DNA from: an uncultured Smithella sp. | GTDB lineage: Bacteria > Desulfobacterota > Syntrophia > Syntrophales > Smithellaceae | Reading direction: 5' to 3' | Assembly (NCBI GenBank): GCA_964539765.1 | Contig: CAZIJZ010000004.1 | Span: 12,413-76,412 of the forward strand | DNA length: 64,000 nt | In this document: positions 57,520 to 64,000 of the stretch, piece after piece | Layout: each line of letters begins with the position of its first letter | Position numbering within the stretch: position 1 is the stretch's first letter | Made by a program: the position numbers and the translations under genes | The notes under the pieces: model-generated | What the model was told of the DNA's origin: nothing | Databases searched by the model: none | Seen by the model: the letters and a program-made list of their open reading frames with translations, nothing else

Positions 57520-57986
57520 TGATCAACCCCCACTCCCGATAATTCCCCTCTGCAAATTATTTCGCCGTTTTCCTTTTCCATGGAAACACTGGCTTTGATG
57601 GTAATTTTACGAAAATAAATTTTTTTCGCTTTGACGATAACCCTTTCCCCCGGTTTCACAATCTGTTTGAACTCCACGCTGTCGGCCAGAGCGAACAGGC
57701 TGATCGGCATTTTCATTGCTCCGGGCCGCATATTTTTCTGACGCGACAGAAGATATATCCCGAAAGCGACAACGCCGATCTGCGCCATCGTTTCAATCAG
57801 AATAACGCCCGGCGTTATGGGATTGCCGGGGAAATGCCCGCGATAAAAATATTCGTCTTCGCGAAAACGGTAAGCCCCGACGATCTGTTCATCATCCAGG
57901 CTGATAATTTCATCAATAAAACGGAACGGCTCCTGCTGCGGCACAAGCCGCAGAACTTCCTGTTTCAGGCTTGCGTCAGCCTCCAT
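57516..57986 (-). CDS. fabZ: FabA/FabZ-type hotdog 3-hydroxyacyl-ACP dehydratase
   Basis: LVPQQEPFRFIDEI...YFYRGHFPGNPITPGVILIETMAQ. Start set at ATG 57986 (GGAGG upstream), overlapping the KR stop. The track start 58085 would overlap the KR gene by 110 nt. Confidence 0.8.
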   Translation of the reverse strand: MEADASLKQEVLRLVPQQEPFRFIDEIISLDDEQIVGAYRFREDEYFYRGHFPGNPITPGVILIETMAQIGVVAFGIYLLSRQKNMRPGAMKMPISLFALADSVEFKQIVKPGERVIVKAKKIYFRKITIKASVSMEKENGEIICRGELSGVGVDQ

Positions 57987-58707
57987 AAAGACCTCCGTTG
58001 ACGTGGATGACCGAACCGTTGATGTAACTTCCCTTTTTCGCCAGAAAGGCGACAACTTCAGCAACTTCCTCCGGCTTGCCGACACGCCCCAGAAGAATTT
58101 CTTCTGTGGCTTTATTTTTTATTTCCTCCGGCAGTTCTTTCGTCATTTCCGTGTCAATGAAACCGGGAGCCACGGAGTTAACCAGAATGTTTCTTCCTTT
58201 CATCTCCCGGGCCAGCGATTTGGTAAAGGCGTCCAGTGCCGCTTTTTCCATCGTGTAGGGAATCTGTCCGGCATTGCCTGTATGACCGACAACGCTGGAA
58301 ATATTGATGATACGACCGGCGGAACTCCGAATCATGAATTGTCGCAAAACCTTTTTGGTCAGATACCAGACGCCCCGCATCAACGACCTTTGCGCATCGA
58401 ACTGTTCCACCTTCATGGAAATAATATCAGCGTTAATGGAATGGCCGGCGTTATTCACCAGCACATCAATACGCCCTGCGGTATCTTTAATCTTGCCGAT
58501 CATCGCGTCCACCTGCTCAATATTGGACAAGTCGGCCTGAACTAAAAATCCTTCTTTTATCTCATCCAGCAACTGCTGAGCGTTCGCGGCACTTTGATGA
58601 TAATGGATACCGACATGAAATCCTTCAACGGCCAGAGCACGACAACACGCGGCGCCTATGCCTTTGGCACCTCCTGTAACCAATGCCACCGGTTTTTCAA
58701 TCATCAT
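57976..58707 (-). CDS. fabG: 3-oxoacyl-ACP reductase (SDR)
   Basis: 243 aa. VTGGAKGIG, NNAG, YTMEKAALDAFTKSLA, HVNGGLY. Confidence 0.85.
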   Translation of the reverse strand: MMIEKPVALVTGGAKGIGAACCRALAVEGFHVGIHYHQSAANAQQLLDEIKEGFLVQADLSNIEQVDAMIGKIKDTAGRIDVLVNNAGHSINADIISMKVEQFDAQRSLMRGVWYLTKKVLRQFMIRSSAGRIINISSVVGHTGNAGQIPYTMEKAALDAFTKSLAREMKGRNILVNSVAPGFIDTEMTKELPEEIKNKATEEILLGRVGKPEEVAEVVAFLAKKGSYINGSVIHVNGGLYGG

Positions 58708-59693
58708 TTATCCTCCACTTTCAGCATGGCGTAAGCCCAGGCCAGTCCGGCGCCGACAATCACCATGGCAATATTGTCTCCCGGCTGAATTTTATCCCAG
58801 TTCATACTTAACACCGCCGGAGCGCCGCAACAGCCGACATTCCCGAACTGATCAACATTGTACCAGTGGTTTTCGGGTTTTATGCCTCTTCGCTCGCATA
58901 CTGTTTTAAGCATCATGTAATTGGCCTGATGGGCAATGAAAATAAAACGCTTGGCTTCAGCCTCATATTGATCCTGAAGCGTTTTAAGACATTCCGTTGT
59001 TGTTCTGATGGCAAAACCCTGAACGGCGTTGCCATCCTGGCTGAAAACCCAATCTCCGGTGACACCGACTTTTGCCCAACCCGAAGGACGGGCATCGAAT
59101 TCACTGCTGATGAAAGCAGCTCGCGCGGGCATTGTTGCCGAAACTATCGCCGCTGATGCGCCGTCACCGAACAGCACCGCCGAATTGCGATCAGTATAAT
59201 TAATCACTTTTGTTGTTGATTCCGCTCCGACAAGAAGAATGTAAGGCGGCAGCATCTCCGGCTGCATGCGTCGCAGAAAATTGATCTGCGTGCCGAAAGT
59301 TGAACAGGCGGAATTCAAGTCAAAACAGGGCACTTCAATTCCCAGCTCCGCGGCAACCGCTGAAGCCTCCGCGGGCGTAATATTATCCGGCGATGAAGAG
59401 CCGGAAATAAGAAGTCCGATATCCTCCGGTTTCAATCCGGCGCGCTCCAGCGCCATCCGTGCCGCTTTGGCCGACATTTGGGAATTTGTATACTGCCTGA
59501 CTGCAAATGCTTCAAAGGGATTAACGTTTTTTGTCCGCCGGACATAGTCCAGCGGAAGAACTGTGCGGCGGTTTTGAATTCCAACGCGCTCCATAATCCA
59601 TTGTTCGGTTGTGCCGATATCGAGCTCTTCCAGAAGTTTATTGGAAAGAACATTTTCGGGGTGAAAGTGCCCCATGGCATGAAGATAAAGCAT
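58704..59693 (-). CDS. fabH: Beta-ketoacyl-ACP synthase III family
   Basis: 329 aa. The Cys-His-Asn triad context NSACSTF, AHQAN and FGNVGCCG. Confidence 0.8.
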   Translation of the reverse strand: MLYLHAMGHFHPENVLSNKLLEELDIGTTEQWIMERVGIQNRRTVLPLDYVRRTKNVNPFEAFAVRQYTNSQMSAKAARMALERAGLKPEDIGLLISGSSSPDNITPAEASAVAAELGIEVPCFDLNSACSTFGTQINFLRRMQPEMLPPYILLVGAESTTKVINYTDRNSAVLFGDGASAAIVSATMPARAAFISSEFDARPSGWAKVGVTGDWVFSQDGNAVQGFAIRTTTECLKTLQDQYEAEAKRFIFIAHQANYMMLKTVCERRGIKPENHWYNVDQFGNVGCCGAPAVLSMNWDKIQPGDNIAMVIVGAGLAWAYAMLKVEDK

Positions 59694-59695
59694 TT

Positions 59696-60895
59696 TTAAA
59701 CAATCTCCCGTCCTATAATCATATTCTGAACTTCCCGGACACCTTCATAAATATCGATAATGTGAGCGTCACGCGCAAGTTTGGAAATTTCATACTCATT
59801 AGTAAAACCATAGCCTCCGTGCAGATGCAGGCCTTCCGTCGCACAGAAGACCGCTGCTTCGGCGGCAGTGTTCTTCGCCAGCGACGCGTAAATGCCGGCG
59901 TCTTTGGCTTTTTCCTGGATTTTAAAAATTGCCTTGAACAGAGCCATCTCGGCCAATTCAACTTTTTTCCACATGGTGGTCAGCATCTCCCGGGCCACCG
60001 GCAAATCACAAATCCGGCTGCCGAACTGTTTGCGTTCCCGTGTATATTCCAGCGTCACATCGAAGGCTCTTTTGGCCAGCCCCAGACCAATCGCCGCCAC
60101 CATCGGGCGGGCGTAATCCAGAACGTCAATAATGTATTTGAAACCCAGGCGTCTGTCGCCAATGATCTGATTCGGCGTAATAACGACGTCCTCAAATGTC
60201 ACGCTGGCTGTGTTGGAAAGTCTCTGCCCCAGCTTGTCCTCGGGTTTGCCGATGACGATTTTTCCACCGGCGGGAACGTTTATTTCTCTGGGAGAGGTTC
60301 CGATATCAGGAATGTCGGCGGAAGTGGCGTGATCAACCGGAATGACAACGCAGGCCATGAAATTGCCCGTCGGTTTGCCTGTTTTGCAAACCACAGTGAA
60401 CTGCGAGGCGTAGGAAGCATTCGTAATAAAACATTTCGAACCATTTAAAACATAGTTCCCGTCGTCTCTTTTACTGATAAAGGTGGTCATCATCGAATTA
60501 TCCGACCCGGCATTGGGTTCCGTCAGACAAAAAGAGGCCAGGATCGGCTTTTCAACAAAGGGCCCTAAAAATAATGTCCTCTGTTCATCCGTGCCATGCA
60601 GGCCGATGACCACATTGGCCAGGTCGTTGCACATGGCTGACGTGGAGATACCCGTGTCGCCGTAGGAAAGTTCCTCAACAATCAGGGCGGACGTAAACAG
60701 ATCAATTTCGTAACCCCGAACTGACTCGGGAATGCACAAGTTTATCAGACCGGTTTTCCAGGCCTTGTTGATAATCTCCCAGGGGAAGACATGCTCCTTT
60801 TCCATTTCCAGAATACACGGTGTAATTTCATTTTTGACAAATTTGCGAACAGTATCCAGATAGGATAACTGGCTCTCATTGAGACTGAAATCCAT
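59696..60895 (-). CDS. Acyl-CoA (or acyl-ACP) dehydrogenase
   Basis: 399 aa. CLTEPNAGSD, NGSKCFITNA, and the C-terminal DIYEGVREVQ catalytic-Glu context. Confidence 0.9.
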   Translation of the reverse strand: MDFSLNESQLSYLDTVRKFVKNEITPCILEMEKEHVFPWEIINKAWKTGLINLCIPESVRGYEIDLFTSALIVEELSYGDTGISTSAMCNDLANVVIGLHGTDEQRTLFLGPFVEKPILASFCLTEPNAGSDNSMMTTFISKRDDGNYVLNGSKCFITNASYASQFTVVCKTGKPTGNFMACVVIPVDHATSADIPDIGTSPREINVPAGGKIVIGKPEDKLGQRLSNTASVTFEDVVITPNQIIGDRRLGFKYIIDVLDYARPMVAAIGLGLAKRAFDVTLEYTRERKQFGSRICDLPVAREMLTTMWKKVELAEMALFKAIFKIQEKAKDAGIYASLAKNTAAEAAVFCATEGLHLHGGYGFTNEYEISKLARDAHIIDIYEGVREVQNMIIGREIV

Positions 60896-61002
60896 AATTA
60901 AACCTTTTGCTGCTTTTATTTTTTTAGAGATGAGTTTTTAAAAAACTCCTTTAATGAAAAAATATCTCTTCAAAAAAGGAGTTTATTTCTATTTCAATAT
61001 TT

Positions 61003-62448
61003 CTAAGCGACCGCGCCTTTTTTGCGGGCATTTTCATCACCCGTGGTCTTGGGCAGTTCAATGCCATACTTCGTCTGTAAAAATTTCGTCATGGTTGCCG
61101 GATATAAAATATAGGCCAGCACATCTTCATCGCTGCGGGCCAGCTCGCCCATGGCTTTCTTTGCCGCTTCGATTTCCGGTTCCAGATAATCAGCCGGTCT
61201 TCCGGATACCGGTTCCTGCCCGCGCTTGTAGTTCTTCAGTATTTTTTTGGTCAGTTCAGCATCAATCGGCATCGGGGTTTTCCCGTACAACCCCAAAACC
61301 AGATCCTTGAGCTGATTGGACACTCTCACATAACGTCCGAAAAGAACATTGAGCACCGCCTGCGCACCGATAATCTGCGAAACAGGTGTGACCAGCGGAG
61401 GCGACCCCATGTCTTTTCGTGTCTGGACGACTTCTTTGTAAATTTCACCCAGTCTGTCCAACGCGTTCATTTCTTTGAGCTGACCGGTGAGGTTGGAAAT
61501 CATACCGCCGGGAATCTGATGAGCCAGAACACCGTTATCGATAATCGAAAGTTTATGCGTGGCCAGATGGCAGTTATATTTCGGAGCGATGGCTTCCAAA
61601 TGCTCGCCCAGCGCAAGCAGTTTGTACAGATCAATGCCTGTATCGTGCGCTGTGCCTCTGAGGGCGGCGACAATCGGCTCAATGGCGGGCATCGACGTTC
61701 TGAGCGCGAAAGGCGCCAGACACGTATCCACCACGTCAACCCCTGCTTCTATCGCTTTTAAATACGTCATGGAAGCCATACCGCTGGTGTAGTGAGAATG
61801 CAGATGCAACGGCAGTTTAATTTCTTTCTTAATGGCCGTCACCAGATCATAGGCATCGAAAGGAGACATAATGCCACCCATGTCTTTGATGCAAATGGCA
61901 TCCGCGCCCATCCGCTCCAGTTCTTTGGCTTTCCGGACAAAATATTCCAGATTATAAACTTCTCCGCCTAGACGGATATCCGTGAGCGAATAGCAAACGG
62001 CTCCCTGAAAGATCTTGCCGTTAGCCTTGATTCTTTCCGCGCAGGATTCCATATTGCGAAAATCATTTAAAGCGTCGAAACAGCGGAACACATCAATGCC
62101 GATTTCGCAGGCCTTATCCACAAAAGCGCGCACAACATCATCAGCGTAGTGACGGTAACCGACCAGATTCTGGCCGCGGATCAGCATGGCGAAAGGCGTT
62201 TTTTTGATATATTTTTTGAGAATTCTCGGACGCATCCAGGGATCTTCTCCCAGGAATCTGTGCATGGTGTCAAACGTCGCGCCGCCCCAGACTTCCATCG
62301 CATGGAAACCACAGCTGTCCATCTCTTCGGCGATGGGAATCATGTCTTCCGTTTTCATTCTGGTGGCGTAAATCGACTGATGACCGTCCCGGAAGGTGTT
62401 ATCCTGAATTTTCAGCGGACTGTTTTTTATATTGTTATCATGGATCAA
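61003..62448 (-). CDS. Carboxyltransferase of the PycB / OadA / transcarboxylase-5S type, without a biotinyl domain
   Basis: 481 aa. IQDNTFRDGHQSIYATRMKTEDM...MEVWGGATFD...HLHSHYTSGMA. The C-terminus ends in ...KTTGDENARKKGAVA with no AMKM biotinylation motif. Confidence 0.8.
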   Translation of the reverse strand: MIHDNNIKNSPLKIQDNTFRDGHQSIYATRMKTEDMIPIAEEMDSCGFHAMEVWGGATFDTMHRFLGEDPWMRPRILKKYIKKTPFAMLIRGQNLVGYRHYADDVVRAFVDKACEIGIDVFRCFDALNDFRNMESCAERIKANGKIFQGAVCYSLTDIRLGGEVYNLEYFVRKAKELERMGADAICIKDMGGIMSPFDAYDLVTAIKKEIKLPLHLHSHYTSGMASMTYLKAIEAGVDVVDTCLAPFALRTSMPAIEPIVAALRGTAHDTGIDLYKLLALGEHLEAIAPKYNCHLATHKLSIIDNGVLAHQIPGGMISNLTGQLKEMNALDRLGEIYKEVVQTRKDMGSPPLVTPVSQIIGAQAVLNVLFGRYVRVSNQLKDLVLGLYGKTPMPIDAELTKKILKNYKRGQEPVSGRPADYLEPEIEAAKKAMGELARSDEDVLAYILYPATMTKFLQTKYGIELPKTTGDENARKKGAVA

Positions 62449-62493
62449 GATATGTACTCCTTTGCGATCATAAACCGCATTCTTTTCAGTTCA

Positions 62494-63444
62494 TTAATTC
62501 GTTGCCCTAAAAATTTTCTCTGCCGCGTTAAGGCCTGTAATGGATTGGCAGGTAACCCCTATCGACTTAAAAAAGTCGCGCAAGGGTCTGCCCGGTCCCA
62601 CTTCGTAAATATCTGCGGCTTTTTCCGCCAGGCTCTGCATATTTTTACGCCAGTTCACGGTATGGCTGATCTGGTTGACAAGATTTCGTTTTACTTCGGC
62701 AACATCATCCGCATGAAAACCACCGGTAAAATTTGAGGTGACGCGGGTTGCGTTTACCGGATTAAGATGATTGCCGAATTTTTCCAGCGTTTCTGAAAAA
62801 CGGCCCTCGATGGTTTTCATCAACGTGCTATGGAAGGGAGCGCTGACATTCAAACGTATGAAACGAAAACTTTTCCCCGTCGGAAAATTTTCCGTTAGAC
62901 GCTTTTCCGCTTCGTCGATAGCCGGGAGTTCTCCGCTGATCACAATCTGATTGGCGGAATTGATATTAGCAATGCCGGCATTTAAACCGCCCATGGTTCT
63001 GCCCAGCACGTCCATATCGATGTTTTCCGAAATGACGGCTGCCATACCGCCGACACCGACCGGCACGGCTTCCTGCATCAAACGGCCGCGTGTCTGAACT
63101 ATTTTTACGGTGTCAGCCAGAGGCATCACACCGGCAGCAACCAGCGCCGTAAATTCTCCCAGCGAATGACCGCCGAAATAATCGGGCTCAAAACCGTAAC
63201 GTTCAGCCAATCCGCACAGCATGCATATCTCCGTTGTTACAATGCAGGGTTGGGTAAATTCGGTAAGATTAAGTTTTTCATCTTCGCCGAAACACATCGC
63301 GGCAACATCCCAGCCCAGAGCATCGGCCGCTTCTTCAAACGTCCGGCGGCAGACAGGAATCTGTTCATAAAAATCTTTTCCCATGCCGGGCCTCTGCGAA
63401 CCCTGACCGGGGAAAACAATCGCTATATTTTTACCATCCCTCAT
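62494..63444 (-). CDS. fabD: Malonyl-CoA:ACP transacylase
   Basis: 316 aa. IVFPGQGSQRPGMG, GHSLGEFTALV, and a later SAPFHS. Confidence 0.9.
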   Translation of the reverse strand: MRDGKNIAIVFPGQGSQRPGMGKDFYEQIPVCRRTFEEAADALGWDVAAMCFGEDEKLNLTEFTQPCIVTTEICMLCGLAERYGFEPDYFGGHSLGEFTALVAAGVMPLADTVKIVQTRGRLMQEAVPVGVGGMAAVISENIDMDVLGRTMGGLNAGIANINSANQIVISGELPAIDEAEKRLTENFPTGKSFRFIRLNVSAPFHSTLMKTIEGRFSETLEKFGNHLNPVNATRVTSNFTGGFHADDVAEVKRNLVNQISHTVNWRKNMQSLAEKAADIYEVGPGRPLRDFFKSIGVTCQSITGLNAAEKIFRATN

Positions 63445-63709
63445 TTAGACAGTTATTTCCTTTCTTTATTTTTTGTTAATGTACAGCAAAATATATGCAA
63501 TAACAATATAAAGTGTTTTAAAAAGAAGCACAATCCATGCCGCAGAGGCATTATAAATTCCGGCATTACATCAAGCTGTATTTACTGTGTATTTTACAAC
63601 GACCCGGAAAAATAAAACCGAAGGATCAGGGATTGAGTGCGTAAAATACTTCACACCGCGAACAGAAGTTTACCGCGGCCATTCAATAAGAATTGCCACC
63701 GGAATTCAT

Positions 63710-63994
63710 TTAACGCAGTTCCACTTTTTTATTTGCCGGAATTCTCTTGGTTTCCTCAGAATTACTGTCTTTTTGGTTTTGATTACAAGAGGCCATGCAT
63801 TTATCAAATTGAGCTTCGCAGCGCCTCCAGTCAGCGTACCTGTTCCGGCAGACCTGCATATTGTCATCACAGGATTTTATGCATGGAGCGGAATTGTTTT
63901 CCTCCGCAATGGCAGTTCCGGAAATGGGGAAAGCCAATCCGCCGAGAATCAATACGGCAGCAACAATAAAGAAATAATTTCTCAAAAGACTCAT
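63710..63994 (-). CDS. Small secreted Cys-rich protein, function unknown
   Basis: 94 aa. Signal peptide ...GTAIA, then six Cys residues in CIKSCDDNMQVCRNRYADWRRCEAQFDKCMASC. Confidence 0.55.
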   Translation of the reverse strand: MSLLRNYFFIVAAVLILGGLAFPISGTAIAEENNSAPCIKSCDDNMQVCRNRYADWRRCEAQFDKCMASCNQNQKDSNSEETKRIPANKKVELR

Positions 63995-64000
63995 GATTTT

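Noticed and set aside
1-64000. Search by eye for tRNA/rRNA genes, CRISPR arrays, IS elements, integrases, toxin-antitoxin pairs and defence systems
   Set aside because: I found no regularly spaced direct repeats with spacers, no T-loop/acceptor-type cloverleaf candidates, and no transposase-, recombinase- or nuclease-like ORFs. Absence by eye is not proof. tRNAscan-SE, Infernal and ISEScan would settle it.

Overview
64-kb chromosomal segment that is mostly metabolic and envelope genes. I recognised no rRNA or tRNA genes, CRISPR arrays, transposases or phage genes. Gene content (UGA-Sec recoding, an ADP-forming acetyl-CoA synthetase/GNAT fusion, many beta-oxidation-type genes, a short aconitase next to a eukaryote-type IDH) suggests an anaerobic Desulfobacterota-like organism; this is inference only. 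Layout from left to right: TerC fragment, MFE-2-like SDR and crotonase (1-2.6 kb). A patchwork island of tiny membrane peptides, duplicated fragments and one pseudogene (3.2-7.1 kb). pssA, a second crotonase, USP, MscS and an ion transporter (5.9-11.9 kb). Secreted proteins and lipoproteins, YihY and DUF4126 (12-16.3 kb). Thiolase, mtgA and a LysM/NlpC-P60 hydrolase (16.8-20.3 kb). Aconitase, icd and rlmN (20.6-24.9 kb). A split YeeE/YedE sulfur-transport pair whose first half carries an in-frame UGA with a SECIS-like hairpin (25.0-26.1 kb). TetR plus a tripartite RND efflux pump plus an LpxR-type lipid A deacylase (28.2-35.8 kb). Two GT2 glycosyltransferases that share a promoter cassette (35.9-40 kb). 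A PAS histidine kinase and NarL-type regulator followed by a Pat-like protein acetyltransferase (40.2-45.2 kb). PagL-like and lipase-like hydrolases (45.8-48.3 kb). The rest is all on the minus strand: acs, an HSD10-like SDR, a double flavodoxin-like protein, DUF2892, a PilZ protein, a structured tandem repeat, and a tightly packed 10-gene type II FAS/PKS-like operon (54.6-63.4 kb). That operon has its own ACP, PPTase and acyltransferase, an acyl-CoA dehydrogenase and a biotin-less carboxyltransferase. The two items I rate highest are the candidate Sec-containing YeeE/YedE protein and the orphan lipid-type biosynthetic operon with its adjacent repeat/PilZ region.
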